A stretch of DNA of 64,000 nucleotides from Betaproteobacteria bacterium Ga0077523 (GTDB lineage Bacteria > Pseudomonadota > Gammaproteobacteria > Burkholderiales > Ga0077523): the NCBI GenBank assembly GCA_001464695.1, contig LNDQ01000098.1:76771-140770 (forward strand), in the 5' to 3' direction. Position 1 is the first letter of the stretch. Every line of letters starts with the position of its first letter. The position numbers and the translations under genes were made by a program. Shown in pieces: positions 10,836 to 20,610 of the stretch. The notes beneath the pieces are model-generated. The model ran no database searches and was not told where the DNA came from. It saw nothing but the letters and a program-made list of their open reading frames with translations.

Positions 10836-11826
10836 GGCCGGCGTCAACCGCAGCGCGATCCTCCTGATGTCCATCGGCGAAGAGGAGGCGGTGGAGGTCT
10901 TCAAGTACCTCGGGCCGAAAGAGGTGCAGAAGCTCGGTCTTGCCATGTCGAAGCTCTCGAACGTCACGCGTGAGGAGGTAGCCGGCGTGCTGCGCGAGTT
11001 TCGCGAGGAGGCGCGGCAACAGACCGCCATCGGCACCGACTCCGACGCCTATATCCGGTCGGTACTCACCAAGGCGCTGGGCAACGACAAGGCCGGCGTG
11101 CTGATCGATCGCATCCTGCAGGGCGCGGACAACACCGGCATCGAGAGCCTGAAGTGGATGGATTCCTCGGCGGTCGCGGAGCTCATCAAGAACGAACATC
11201 CGCAGATCATCGCGACCATCCTGGTGCACCTCGACCCGGACCAGGCGAGCGAAGTGCTCGCGACCTTCGCCGAGCGGTTGCGCAACGATGTGCTGCTGCG
11301 CATCGCGACTCTCGAGGGCGTGCAGCCCGCGGCACTGCGCGACCTCAACGACGTGCTGACCCAGTTGCTGACCGGCAGCGACAAGCTGAAGAAGAGCGCG
11401 ATGGGCGGGGTCACGGCGGCCGCCGAGATCCTCAATTTCATGGGCGGCCAGTACGAGGCGTCGGTCACCTCGTACATCCGGGAAGTGGATCCGGACCTCG
11501 CGCAGAAGATCCAGGACAAGATGTTCGTGTTCGAGAACCTGCTCGACCTGGACGACCGAGGCATCCAGCTGCTGCTGCGCGAAGTGCAGTCCGAGACACT
11601 GATCGTGGCGTTGAAGGGCACCTCCGATCCGCTGCGCGAGAAGATCTTCAAGAACATGTCCACGCGGGCCGCGGAAATGCTGCGCGAGGATCTCGAGGCG
11701 AAGGGCCCGGTGCGCCTGTCCGAAGTGGAAGGCGAGCAGAAGGAGATCCTGAAGATCGTCCGTCGTCTCGCGGACGAAGGCCAGATCGTGCTGGGTGGCA
11801 AGGGCGAGGAAGGCCTTGTCGAGTAG
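10828..11826 (+). CDS. fliG: flagellar motor switch protein FliG
   Basis: 332 aa. Contains SAILLMSIGEEEAVEVFKYL, EHPQIIATILVHL and MFVFENL. Confidence 0.96.
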   Translation: MSEAGVNRSAILLMSIGEEEAVEVFKYLGPKEVQKLGLAMSKLSNVTREEVAGVLREFREEARQQTAIGTDSDAYIRSVLTKALGNDKAGVLIDRILQGADNTGIESLKWMDSSAVAELIKNEHPQIIATILVHLDPDQASEVLATFAERLRNDVLLRIATLEGVQPAALRDLNDVLTQLLTGSDKLKKSAMGGVTAAAEILNFMGGQYEASVTSYIREVDPDLAQKIQDKMFVFENLLDLDDRGIQLLLREVQSETLIVALKGTSDPLREKIFKNMSTRAAEMLREDLEAKGPVRLSEVEGEQKEILKIVRRLADEGQIVLGGKGEEGLVE

Positions 11827-12460
11827 CAAGATCATTCCGAAGGCGAGCGCGGGTGCCGCCAAGGCGTGGCAGCCCGGCAGCGTGGATCGCCGTGCCGGCG
11901 GCGGCACGGCGCCCCCCGAGCTGACGCCGCAGCAGAAATTCCAGGCGGAGCTCGAGCGGTTGCGCGGGGAGGCACGAGCGGAAGGGCGGCGCGAGGGCCT
12001 TGAGCAGGGTTTCGCGGCCGCCAAGGTCGAGGTGGAGGAGTTGCGTCTGTTGCTCACGAACCTGCGCGAGCTGATGCTCGATTTCGAGCAGGGTGTGGCT
12101 TCCGATGTGCTGTCGCTTGCGCTCGAGGTGGCCAAGCAGATGGTGCGGCAGTCGATCCGCGTCAAGCCGGAGCTCGTGTTCGCCATCATCAAGGAGGCGG
12201 CGATGAGCTTTCCGGAGATCGCGGACGATCCGCGCCTCATCCTGCATCCGCTCGACGCCGAACTGGTGCGCAAGGCGATCGCGCCCACGCTCACCGCCGA
12301 CGAACTGCCGTGGAAGCTCACGGAGGATCCGCAGATGGAACGCGGCGGGTGCCGCTTCCAGACTGGTTCGTCGGAGATCGATGCCACGCTCGAGAACCGC
12401 TGGCGGCGGATCGTCGCCGCGCTCGGCCGCGACGATGCGTGGCTCGATCTGAACATCTGA
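11795..12460 (+). CDS. fliH: flagellar assembly protein FliH
   Basis: Lies between fliG and fliI, with a coiled-coil N-terminus and a FliH-like C-terminus (GGCRFQTGSSEIDATLENRW). The start is uncertain; TTG at 11816 behind AGGAAGG is an alternative. Confidence 0.85.
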   Translation: MARARKALSSSKIIPKASAGAAKAWQPGSVDRRAGGGTAPPELTPQQKFQAELERLRGEARAEGRREGLEQGFAAAKVEVEELRLLLTNLRELMLDFEQGVASDVLSLALEVAKQMVRQSIRVKPELVFAIIKEAAMSFPEIADDPRLILHPLDAELVRKAIAPTLTADELPWKLTEDPQMERGGCRFQTGSSEIDATLENRWRRIVAALGRDDAWLDLNI

Positions 12461-12519
12461 GGACGGTGGTGTGACCTGTCGCCTCCCTGCCGGATCGCGC
12501 GAGACAGGGCCGGAAGCTG

Positions 12520-12608
12520 CCCCCATCCCAACCTTCCCCCAGCGTAGCTGGGGGAAGGGGTGCAAGGCTCCCTCCCCCGGCTGTGCCGGGGGAGGGTTGG
12601 GGTGGGGG
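12520..12608. repeat. REP-like nested-hairpin element (three-way junction) between fliH and fliI
   Basis: The outer stem CCCCCATCCCAACC/GGTTGGGGTGGGGG encloses two hairpins, CCTTCCCCCAGC-GTA-GCTGGGGGAAGG and CCCTCCCCCGGC-TGT-GCCGGGGGAGGG. Confidence 0.8.
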
Positions 12609-12661
12609 CATGGACCCGATGTGGCCACGGTGTTTCAAAGTGGCCTCGGGGCAACCGCACC

Positions 12662-14065
12662 ATGAGCCGCCTGCGGCGCTGGCAGAAGTATTTCGAGGAC
12701 TGCCACAGTGCCGTGGGGATGGTGCCGCCGTGGTCGGTGAGCGGGCGCCTGACGCGGGTCGCGGGGCTGGTGATGGAAGCCGTCGGCCTCAAGCTGCCGG
12801 TGGGCAACAGCTGCTACGTGATTGCGCCGACCGGCCAGCGCGTCGATGCCGAAGTGGTCGGGTTTTCCGGTGAGAACGTCTTCCTGATGCCGGCGACCGA
12901 CGTGTACGGTCTCGAGCCCGGGGCGATCGTCGTGCCGGTGGAGTCGCACGTGGTACGCAGTCCCAAGTTGGGTGTGGACTTCATCCCCCGGCGCCGCGCC
13001 GAGGATCGGGCTCGTCAGGTGGCGGTCGGGTGGGGTTTGCTCGGACGGGTGCTCGATGCCACCGGCCGTCCGCTCGACAACCGTGGTGTGGTGGTGACGG
13101 AGCGCCAGGTCCCGCTGTACAGCCGGCCGCTCAATCCGCTGGAACGCACCCCCATCCATCAGGTGCTGGACGTGGGTGTGCGCGCCATCAACGGGCTGCT
13201 CACCGTCGGCCGTGGCCAGCGCCTCGGGTTGTTCGCGGGCAGCGGCGTGGGAAAAAGCGTGCTGCTCGGCATGATGGCCCGCTACACCGAGGCCGACGTG
13301 GTGGTGGTGGGGCTGATCGGCGAACGCGGCCGCGAAGTGAAGGAGTTCATCGAGAACATCCTCGGCACCGAGGGATTGGCGCGCTCGGTGGTGGTCGCGG
13401 CACCGGCGGACAGTCCACCGCTGTTGCGGCTGCATGGTGCCGCCTACGCCACCGCCATCGCCGAGTTCTTCCGCGACCAGGGCAAGCAGGTGCTGCTCAT
13501 CATGGATTCGCTCACGCGTTTTGCCATGGCCCAGCGCGAGATCGCGCTCGCGATCGGCGAGCCGCCTGCCACCAAGGGCTACACGCCGTCGGTGTTCGCG
13601 AAACTCCCGCAACTCGTGGAGCGCGCCGGCAACGGCGACGAGGGGCAGGGCTCGATCACGGCGTTCTACACCGTGCTGGCGGAGGGCGACGACCAGCAGG
13701 ACCCGATCGCGGACGCCGCCCGTGCGATTCTCGACGGTCACATCGTGCTGACGCGCGATCTCGCGGACCAGGGTCACTATCCCGCCGTCGATATCGAAGC
13801 CTCGATCAGCCGTGCGATGACCGAGATCGTGCCGCTCGAGGACATGGCGCGCGTGCGGCGATTCAGGCAACTCTACTCGGCCTATCGCCGCAGTCGCGAC
13901 CTGATCAACGTGGGGGCGTACGTGAGCGGCGCCGATCCCGTGGTGGACGAGGCGCTCAGATTGCGCGAGCCGTTCCTGCAGTATCTGCGGCAGGATGTCG
14001 ACGAGCGCGACGACTACGCGAGCAGCCGCGCGCGCCTCAACGCGTTGCTCGCTGCGGGGGGCTAG
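12662..14065 (+). CDS. fliI: flagellum-specific ATP synthase FliI
   Basis: Walker [19 protein letters not shown] and the T3SS ATPase fold. I trimmed the start to MSRLRRWQ at 12662, because the longer ORF start lies inside the REP element. Confidence 0.95.
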   Translation: MSRLRRWQKYFEDCHSAVGMVPPWSVSGRLTRVAGLVMEAVGLKLPVGNSCYVIAPTGQRVDAEVVGFSGENVFLMPATDVYGLEPGAIVVPVESHVVRSPKLGVDFIPRRRAEDRARQVAVGWGLLGRVLDATGRPLDNRGVVVTERQVPLYSRPLNPLERTPIHQVLDVGVRAINGLLTVGRGQRLGLFAGSGVGKSVLLGMMARYTEADVVVVGLIGERGREVKEFIENILGTEGLARSVVVAAPADSPPLLRLHGAAYATAIAEFFRDQGKQVLLIMDSLTRFAMAQREIALAIGEPPATKGYTPSVFAKLPQLVERAGNGDEGQGSITAFYTVLAEGDDQQDPIADAARAILDGHIVLTRDLADQGHYPAVDIEASISRAMTEIVPLEDMARVRRFRQLYSAYRRSRDLINVGAYVSGADPVVDEALRLREPFLQYLRQDVDERDDYASSRARLNALLAAGG

Positions 14066-14085
14066 AATGAAACGACCCCCACGCT

Positions 14086-14177
14086 CTCTTCGTTCGCTGG
14101 TCCACGGTCGGGCCTGCGTGTCCGGGCTCAGCCCCTCGGGGGCGCGTCAGTACCTTGGGGCGGACCGGCGGCACCCA
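14086..14177 (-). repeat. REP-like element, family A (long copy), between fliI and fliJ
   Basis: The reverse complement aligns with 49420..49491: GCCGCCGGTCCGCCCCAAGGTACTGACGCGCCCCCGAGGGG versus GGCGCCGGGCCGTCCCAAGCCGCTGACGCGCCCCCTCGGGGGG. Both end in GAGCGTGGGGG. Confidence 0.65.
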
Positions 14178-14250
14178 CCGCGCGGCTTTCCGGGAGAGGG
14201 CGCGTGCGCCCCGGCCGCTGGCCCATCGCGGCAACCAACATCGCACTGAC

Positions 14251-14706
14251 ATGCCCCGCCGCTTTCCCCTCGAAACCGTACGCCAGCTGGCACAGCGGCG
14301 TACCGAAGACGCAGCGGCCGAGTTGCAGGGCCACGCGACGCGGTTGCGCATCGCTCAGGACAAGTTGAGGCAACTGCAGGGCTATCGGGATGAATACCGC
14401 TCAGCCAAGGCGGGCGCCATGGTGCAGGGTGTTGCGATGGCCCGTTTGCGCGAGTTCGAGGCTTTTCTGGCGCGCATCGAGGAAGCGATCGCGGCCCAAA
14501 CCCTCGAAGTGCAGCGGGCGGAGGTGGTATGGGAGGCCGCGCGGGTGCACTGGGCCGAACAGCACAAGCGCGAAAAGGCGATGGATACCTTGGCCGAGCG
14601 CCACACCGCTCAGGAACTGCAGCGCGAGATCCGCCAGGACCGCAAGACACAGGACGAATTTTCGGCCCGAGTGAAGCCCGGACCCATGAAGATCCGCCTG
14701 AAATAG
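14251..14706 (+). CDS. fliJ: flagellar export chaperone FliJ
   Basis: 151 aa coiled-coil protein, MPRRFPLETVRQLAQRRTEDAAAELQ..., in the position after fliI. Trimmed from ORF 14155..14706. Confidence 0.85.
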   Translation: MPRRFPLETVRQLAQRRTEDAAAELQGHATRLRIAQDKLRQLQGYRDEYRSAKAGAMVQGVAMARLREFEAFLARIEEAIAAQTLEVQRAEVVWEAARVHWAEQHKREKAMDTLAERHTAQELQREIRQDRKTQDEFSARVKPGPMKIRLK

Positions 14707-14707
14707 G

Positions 14708-14723
14708 TGGCACGGCGATTGCC
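14708..14723 (+). promoter_or_regulatory. sigma-54 (-24/-12) promoter for fliK
   Basis: TGGCACGgcgaTTGCc is a near-perfect match to TGGCACG-N4-TTGC. It begins 2 nt after the fliJ stop and lies 40 nt upstream of the fliK ATG. Confidence 0.75.
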
Positions 14724-14761
14724 ATTCAAGCCGTTGTCAGAGTCGAAACAGAGGTTTGGCC

Positions 14762-15865
14762 ATGTCTCAAGGGTCAGTTTTGCCGCCCGCGTCGGCCCCG
14801 GCGGCGGATGTTGCCGCCGCTGCCGGACGCGACCAGTCCCTGGCCGCCGATGCGGCCGGGACGAGCTTCGGCGAGGTCCTGCAGGCCCAGATGGAAAAAG
14901 GGCTCCCGCCGGCAGATACCAAGGCTGTGGAAATGCTGAGCGCCGAGCCGACGGGTGAGCTGGATCCCGGGGTGCTGGTTGCAGTGCAGCCACCCATCGA
15001 TGCTGCGCTCATGGCTGCCGCGGTCGCGACGCCCATCGCGTTGCCGACGACTCAGGTGCCGGCACCGATCTCGAATGACGGCCCGGAGCCAGTCTCCGCA
15101 CCGGAGGAGTCCCCATCATTGCCTGCGACGGCAGCCCTGCCGGCCCATGAGGCGCTCGCGCAGCGCGTCGAGCGCGCCAACGCCGATCCCAGGATCGCGC
15201 TGCCGGCGCCCGGCGCTCCCGCGGCAATCGAGCGGCGTGCCGATACCCCGCACGCGACGGCCCCTGAGCTCGAGGCGCAGGCGCCGCTACCGGCGGCCGA
15301 AGTGCGACCGCGCGACGCAGGTGCGGACGTCAGACCCATGGCGGTGGTGCAGCCGGTCATGGCGGAAACGCCGACTGCCGTGTCCTCCGGCATGGAGGTC
15401 CGGCGCGAATCGACGGCAACCCCGATCAAGGTGGAGGTCGCCCAGCCGGTGACGGCACCGGGCTGGCGCGATGCCTTCGCCGAACGGGTGACCTGGGTCG
15501 CCAACGCCCGCCAGCCCATCGCGGAACTGCAGATCAACCCGCCCCAGCTAGGACCGGTGGAGATTCGCGTGAGCATGAATGCCGACCAGGCCAACCTGTC
15601 GTTCTTCTCGCCCCACGCAGCGGTACGCGAAGCCATCCAGGCATCGTTGCCGCGACTGACCGATGCCTTTGCGGCCTCCGGCCTCACTCTGGGCAACGTC
15701 CTGGTCGGCGCCGAGTCGCAATCCGGTCAGCAGCCGGGCGAACGCGAGGCCGCCAGCCGCTTCGCCGGGACTTCGCGAGAGGCGTTCAATGAGTCTGAAA
15801 CGGTGGCCGCAGTGACCTGGGTAAGGCCCGGCGGCGGCCTCGGTCGCGTCGATCTGTTTGCCTGA
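14762..15865 (+). CDS. fliK: flagellar hook-length control protein FliK
   Basis: Pro/Ala-rich N-terminus and a conserved FliK C-terminal domain (WRDAFAERVTWVANARQPIAELQINPPQLGPVEIRVSM...ANLSFFSPHAAVREAI). ATG at 14762 is preceded by GAGG. Confidence 0.88.
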   Translation: MSQGSVLPPASAPAADVAAAAGRDQSLAADAAGTSFGEVLQAQMEKGLPPADTKAVEMLSAEPTGELDPGVLVAVQPPIDAALMAAAVATPIALPTTQVPAPISNDGPEPVSAPEESPSLPATAALPAHEALAQRVERANADPRIALPAPGAPAAIERRADTPHATAPELEAQAPLPAAEVRPRDAGADVRPMAVVQPVMAETPTAVSSGMEVRRESTATPIKVEVAQPVTAPGWRDAFAERVTWVANARQPIAELQINPPQLGPVEIRVSMNADQANLSFFSPHAAVREAIQASLPRLTDAFAASGLTLGNVLVGAESQSGQQPGEREAASRFAGTSREAFNESETVAAVTWVRPGGGLGRVDLFA

Positions 15866-15894
15866 ATAATGTGACACGCCCGACGGGTCTCCGA

Positions 15895-16000
15895 CCCCTC
15901 CCCCCACGGGGCCAGCCCTCTTGTGGGCTGAGGCCGGACACAGGCAGTCTCTGCGGACTGTCTGTGCCTGACGAAGGCCATCGGTCTCCGGCCGATGGCA
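15895..16000. repeat. cluster of REP-like hairpin elements downstream of fliK
   Basis: CCCCTCCCCCACGGGGCCAGCCCTCTTGTGGGCTGAGGCCGG resembles 37385..37422. It is followed by the hairpins CACAGGCAGTC/GACTGTCTGTG and GGCCATCGG/CCGATGGC. Confidence 0.45.
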
Positions 16001-16034
16001 GGCCCGCCGTGGGCTGAACCCAACGCCATTCTGG

Positions 16035-16080
16035 AACAAGGCGACAGCCCGGCAGCGCAAGCTGCCGGGCTCTTGTTTTT
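16035..16080 (+). terminator. rho-independent terminator ending the fliK transcription unit
   Basis: AGCCCGGCAGC-GCAA-GCTGCCGGGCT stem-loop followed by CTTGTTTTT. Confidence 0.8.
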
Positions 16081-16299
16081 CCGGCGCCGGACGAAAAGAA
16101 GCCAACTCACGGTTTATCTTGCAAAATCCCGGACCGTGGGTTACAAAGCACCGCAACTTACACGTCGAGCTTCTTGTTTTTTAATCGAAATGGGGTATTC
16201 CACCCGGATTTCGCTCAACAAGAGTTTCGATGATTCAGCGAGTTGCCGGAACTCCCGGGGCTCATCAGTCCGGCTGAAGCCGGTTTTGCACAGGTATCC

Positions 16300-16941
16300 A
16301 TGGCCAAACAACCCGAACCGAGTGCGGCACCAGCGCCGGAAGGCGCACCAGCCAAGAAGAAGAAACCGATCCTGATCATTGCCATCGCCGCGATCGTGGT
16401 GTTGGCGGGCGGCGGCGCCGCCGCCTGGTTCCTGTTGGGCGGCAAGCACGACAAGAACGCGGAGCACGCCGAGGAGGCCGAAGCGGAAGCTGCAAAGCCG
16501 CCGGTCTACGTGACCCTCGAGCCGTTCACGGTGAATCTGACCAGTGAAGCCACCGACCGCTACCTGCAGGTCGGGATCGACCTCAAGGTGTCGGCAGCCG
16601 ACATCACGGAGAAGGTGAAACTGCACCTGCCGGAGATCCGCAACGGCATCCTGCTCCTGCTCACCAGCAAGAAGGTGGACGATCTTGCTTCGATCGACGG
16701 CAAGAACACGTTGCGCGAGGAGATCCGCGACATCGTCAACAAGTCCATCGGCTACTACAAGGCGCCGGCGGCGCCCAAGCCCACCATCGAGAAGACCGAC
16801 GAGCAGGGTGGCGAGAAGCCGGCTGGCGAAGGCGAGGCCGGCGACAAGCCGGCGGAGGAGGCGGCCGGCGAAAAGCCCGTGGCCAAGGCGCCCAGGAATG
16901 GTGTCATCGACGTGTTGCTGACCTCGTTCGTCATCCAGTAG
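16300..16941 (+). CDS. fliL: flagellar basal body-associated protein FliL
   Basis: MAKQPEP..., TM segment ILIIAIAAIVVLAGGGAAAWFLL, YVTLEPFTVNL, RYLQVGIDL, and ending FVIQ. Trimmed from ORF 16243..16941. Confidence 0.9.
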   Translation: MAKQPEPSAAPAPEGAPAKKKKPILIIAIAAIVVLAGGGAAAWFLLGGKHDKNAEHAEEAEAEAAKPPVYVTLEPFTVNLTSEATDRYLQVGIDLKVSAADITEKVKLHLPEIRNGILLLLTSKKVDDLASIDGKNTLREEIRDIVNKSIGYYKAPAAPKPTIEKTDEQGGEKPAGEGEAGDKPAEEAAGEKPVAKAPRNGVIDVLLTSFVIQ

Positions 16942-16943
16942 GC

Positions 16944-17936
16944 ATGGCGGAGGACATCCTTTCCCAGGAGGAAGTCGACGCGCTGTTACGCGGCGTGACC
17001 GGGGAGTCGGACGAACCAGCGCAGGCCGACGACAAAGGGGGGGTGCGGCCCTACGACATCGGACGCCAGGAGCGGATCGTGCGCGGGCGCATGCCCACGC
17101 TCGAACTCATCAACGAGCGCTTCGCGCGCCTGTTGCGCATCGGGTTGTTCAACTTCATGCGCAAGAACGCCGAGATCTCCATCGGTCCGGTGCGCGTGCT
17201 GAAGTACAGCGATTTCATCCGCAACCTGGTGGTGCCCACCAATCTCAACCTGGTGCACGTGAAGCCGCTGCGCGGCACGGCGCTGGTGATCATGGAACCC
17301 ACCCTGGTGTTCCAGGTGGTGGACCATCTGTTCGGCGGCAGCGGCCAGATTCACACGCGGGTGGAGGGGCGCGATTTCACGCCGACCGAACAACGCGTGA
17401 TCCATCGCATGCTCGGTGTCGTGTTCGAGGAGTACCGCAAGGCCTGGGAGCCCGTTTACGCGCTCGCTTTCGAGTATGTCCGCTCCGAGATGAACACGCA
17501 GTTCGCGAACATCGCCACTCCCACGGAAGTGGTGGTGGCCACGAGCTTCAACATCGATCTGGGCGCGGGCGGGGGCGAGCTTCACGTCTGCATGCCCTAT
17601 GCTATGCTCGAACCGATCCGCGACGTGATCTACAGCAGCTTCCAGGCTGATCGCACCGAGGCGGACACCCGCTGGGTCAAGATGCTCACCGAACAGATTC
17701 AGGGCGCGGAGGTAGATGTGGTCGCAACACTGGCCCGCACCGATGTGACGCTGCGGCAGATCATGGATCTGCAGGTGGGCGACGTGGTCTCCCTCGACCT
17801 GCCCGATACCATCGTCGCCGATGTCGACGGTGTCCCGTTCGTCGAATGCAACTACGGCACGGTGCGCGGTCAGTACGCGCTGAAGGTGCGCCGTGTACTC
17901 ACCGGCAATGCCGGCGGGGGCGAGCATGGCGGATGA
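16944..17936 (+). CDS. fliM: flagellar motor switch protein FliM
   Basis: 330 aa. Contains LSQEEVDALL, RMPTLELINERFAR and GTALVIMEPTLVFQVVDHLFGG. Confidence 0.96.
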   Translation: MAEDILSQEEVDALLRGVTGESDEPAQADDKGGVRPYDIGRQERIVRGRMPTLELINERFARLLRIGLFNFMRKNAEISIGPVRVLKYSDFIRNLVVPTNLNLVHVKPLRGTALVIMEPTLVFQVVDHLFGGSGQIHTRVEGRDFTPTEQRVIHRMLGVVFEEYRKAWEPVYALAFEYVRSEMNTQFANIATPTEVVVATSFNIDLGAGGGELHVCMPYAMLEPIRDVIYSSFQADRTEADTRWVKMLTEQIQGAEVDVVATLARTDVTLRQIMDLQVGDVVSLDLPDTIVADVDGVPFVECNYGTVRGQYALKVRRVLTGNAGGGEHGG

Positions 17937-18336
17937 CGCCAACGAGGGCATTTCCGCCGACGACTGGGCGGCCGCCCTGGCGGAGCAGGCACCCGCAGGT
18001 GGCGCGGGCGGTGCTGTTCAGCCGGCCAAGGTCTTCCAGGAACTGAAGGCCGACGCGCTCGGCGGCGGTGCGCCGGGGCGCCTCGACATGATCCTCGACA
18101 TCCCGGTCCACATGGCGGTGGAACTGGGTCGTACCAAGATCGCGATCCGCGATCTGCTGCAGCTCGCCCAGGGTTCCGTCGTGGAGTTGGATGCCCTCGC
18201 CGGGGAGCCCATGGACATCCTGGTCAACGGCTGCCTCATCGCCCAGGGCGAGGTGGTGGTGGTGAACGAGAAGTTCGGCATTCGCGTCACCGACATCATC
18301 ACGCCCGAGGAGCGGCTGCGCGGCATCAACAAATGA
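17926..18336 (+). CDS. fliN: flagellar motor switch protein FliN
   Basis: [53 protein letters not shown] at 17926 overlaps the end of fliM. Confidence 0.93.
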   Translation: MADDANEGISADDWAAALAEQAPAGGAGGAVQPAKVFQELKADALGGGAPGRLDMILDIPVHMAVELGRTKIAIRDLLQLAQGSVVELDALAGEPMDILVNGCLIAQGEVVVVNEKFGIRVTDIITPEERLRGINK

Positions 18337-18773
18337 GCGGCACGCCGACCGGCGCGCGCGCCGGAGTCGCGTGCTCGTTCACGGTTGCCTCGGCAGTGTT
18401 CGCAGCGGACCAGAGCCAAGTGTTACCGGCATCGTCGACTTTCGGCACGCTGGCCCAGGTGGTGTTCGGCCTGGCGGTGGTGATGGGCGCCATTGCGCTG
18501 ACGGCATGGCTCGCCCGTCGCTACATGCCCGCGGTGCGTGGCGTCGGCGGACTGGTGAAGGTCGTGGGCGGCGTCATGGTGGGGCCGAAGGAGCGCGTGG
18601 TGGTGGTGGAAGTCGGCGACACCTGGCTCGTCCTCGGGGTGACGGCACAGCAGGTAAACACACTGCACTCGCTGCCGCGGCCGGCCGGCACTGTCGCGGC
18701 TGCGTCGACCCGCTCCTCGGAGTCCGAGTTCTCGTCATGGCTCGGCCGCGCACTGAACAAGCCGCGCCCATGA
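18333..18773 (+). CDS. fliO: flagellar biosynthesis protein FliO
   Basis: Single-TM protein ([24 protein letters not shown]) with [19 protein letters not shown]. Lies between fliN and fliP. Confidence 0.85.
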   Translation: MSGTPTGARAGVACSFTVASAVFAADQSQVLPASSTFGTLAQVVFGLAVVMGAIALTAWLARRYMPAVRGVGGLVKVVGGVMVGPKERVVVVEVGDTWLVLGVTAQQVNTLHSLPRPAGTVAAASTRSSESEFSSWLGRALNKPRP

Positions 18774-19516
18774 GGGCGCTCGTGCGCGTCGGGCTGTTCC
18801 TGCTGGTCGCTGCGGCGTCCGGGCCGGCGCTCGCGCAGGCGGGATTGCCTGCCTTCACGGCGTCGCCCGGTCCGGGCGGCACGCAGAACTATTCGCTGTC
18901 GCTGCAGGCGCTGATCTTCCTCACGGCGCTCACGTTCCTGCCGGCGGCGCTGCTGATGATGACGAGCTTCACGCGCATCGTCATCGTGCTCTCCCTGCTG
19001 CGGCAGGCGATGGGCACGATCCAGACGCCACCCAACCAGGTGATCGTGGGCCTGTCGCTGTTCCTCACCTTCTTCGTGATGGCGCCGGTGTTCGACCGGA
19101 TCTACACCGACGCCTACAAGCCGCTGTCGGAGGAGCGCATCAAGTTGGACGAGGCGCTCAGCCGGGCGGCGGTGCCGCTCAAGGCGTTCATGCTGAAGCA
19201 GACGCGCGAATCGGACCTCGCCCTGTTCGTGAAGCTATCCGAGTCGCCGCCGCCGAAGGGGCCGGAGGAGGTGACCATGAAGGTGCTGGTGCCGGCCTAT
19301 GTGATCTCGGAGTTGAAGACTGCCTTCCAGATCGGCTTCGTCGTGTTCATCCCGTTTCTCATCATCGACATGGTGGTGGCGAGCGTCCTGATGTCCATGG
19401 GCATGATGATGCTGTCCCCGGTCATCATCTCGCTGCCGTTCAAGCTCATGCTGTTCGTGCTGGTGGACGGGTGGAACCTCCTGATCGGTTCCCTCGTGCG
19501 CAGTTTCTACGTCTGA
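18770..19516 (+). CDS. fliP: flagellar type III export apparatus protein FliP
   Basis: [53 protein letters not shown] at 18770 overlaps the fliO TGA. ORF 18371..19516 is over-extended. Confidence 0.95.
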   Translation: MRALVRVGLFLLVAAASGPALAQAGLPAFTASPGPGGTQNYSLSLQALIFLTALTFLPAALLMMTSFTRIVIVLSLLRQAMGTIQTPPNQVIVGLSLFLTFFVMAPVFDRIYTDAYKPLSEERIKLDEALSRAAVPLKAFMLKQTRESDLALFVKLSESPPPKGPEEVTMKVLVPAYVISELKTAFQIGFVVFIPFLIIDMVVASVLMSMGMMMLSPVIISLPFKLMLFVLVDGWNLLIGSLVRSFYV

Positions 19517-19532
19517 AAGAAAGGGTCGCGCC

Positions 19533-19802
19533 ATGTCTCCCGAGGCCGTCATCAGCCTGATCCAGCAGGCGCTCCAGACGCTGGTGCTGGTGTCGGCACC
19601 GCCGCTGCTCACCGCGCTGCTGGTGGGCTTGCTGGTGAGCGTTTTCCAGGCCGCCACACAGATCAACGAAATGACCCTGTCGTTCATTCCGAAGCTGCTC
19701 GCGGTGTTCGTGTCCCTGGTGCTGGCCGGCTCCTGGATGCTTTCCACCATGGTGGACTTCACGCAGCGGCTGTACGGCGCTATCCCACAACTCGCCAGCT
19801 GA
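19533..19802 (+). CDS. fliQ: flagellar export apparatus protein FliQ
   Basis: 89 aa, two TM segments, with AATQINEMTLSFIPKL. Confidence 0.95.
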   Translation: MSPEAVISLIQQALQTLVLVSAPPLLTALLVGLLVSVFQAATQINEMTLSFIPKLLAVFVSLVLAGSWMLSTMVDFTQRLYGAIPQLAS

Positions 19803-19818
19803 AGTCCGGCTCGGCGCG

Positions 19819-20610
19819 ATGATCACCCTTACGGTCGCGCAATTGCAGGGTCTGCTTGCCGCCTACGGCTGGCCGTTCGTGCGCATCATCGCGTTCATCG
19901 CGACCGAACCGGTGCTGGGCAATCGCACCGTCCCGCTGACAGTGAAGATCGGGTTGGCTGTGCTGATCACCGTGGTTATCGCGCCTGTGCTGCCGGCGCC
20001 GCCCGATGTTGCGCCGGCCTCCGCCGCAGGGCTGCTGGTGCTGGCACAGCAGGTATTGATCGGGGCGGCAATGGGGTTCGCATCGCGCATCGTGATCGCT
20101 GCCGCCGAGATGGCCGGTCAGCTTGCCGGCCTGCAGATGGGCCTGGGCTACGCGCTGTTCTTCGATCCGGAAAGTGCCGGGCAGGCGCCGCTGGTGGCGG
20201 AGTTCTATGGCCTGATCGCGATCCTCACGCTGCTCGCGACCAACGGCCACTACTTGATCCTGACCGCGCTGGTGGAGAGCTTCCGCGTGCTGCCTCCGGC
20301 GGTAGAGCCCATGTCGGCGCGTGGTTTCTTCACTCTCGTCGCCTGGGGCGGCCAGATCTTCGAGATCGGATTGATGATGTCGTTGCCGGTCATCGGTGCC
20401 TTGCTGGTCGCCAACATCGGGATCGGCATCCTGGTGCGCGCTGCACCACAGCTCAACATCTTCGCGATCGGCTTTCCGATTACCCTGGGTGTCGGCTTCC
20501 TGATGCTGTACTTGTCCTTGCCCTTGCTGGTGCCGATGGTGGATGCGCTCGCCCACAGCGGCATCGCCGTCATGATGCGTGTTATCGAGCAGTTGCGGCC
20601 CGGGCGGTGA
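19819..20610 (+). CDS. fliR: flagellar export apparatus protein FliR
   Basis: 263 aa polytopic protein. Contains [17 protein letters not shown] and [10 protein letters not shown]. Confidence 0.93.
   Translation: MITLTVAQLQGLLAAYGWPFVRIIAFIATEPVLGNRTVPLTVKIGLAVLITVVIAPVLPAPPDVAPASAAGLLVLAQQVLIGAAMGFASRIVIAAAEMAGQLAGLQMGLGYALFFDPESAGQAPLVAEFYGLIAILTLLATNGHYLILTALVESFRVLPPAVEPMSARGFFTLVAWGGQIFEIGLMMSLPVIGALLVANIGIGILVRAAPQLNIFAIGFPITLGVGFLMLYLSLPLLVPMVDALAHSGIAVMMRVIEQLRPGR

Noticed and set aside
16081-16299. Candidate fliL promoters: a sigma-28-like CAAAG-N15-GTCGAGCT and GG/GC pairs.
   Set aside because: None has acceptable spacing or consensus match. Calling one would be guesswork.
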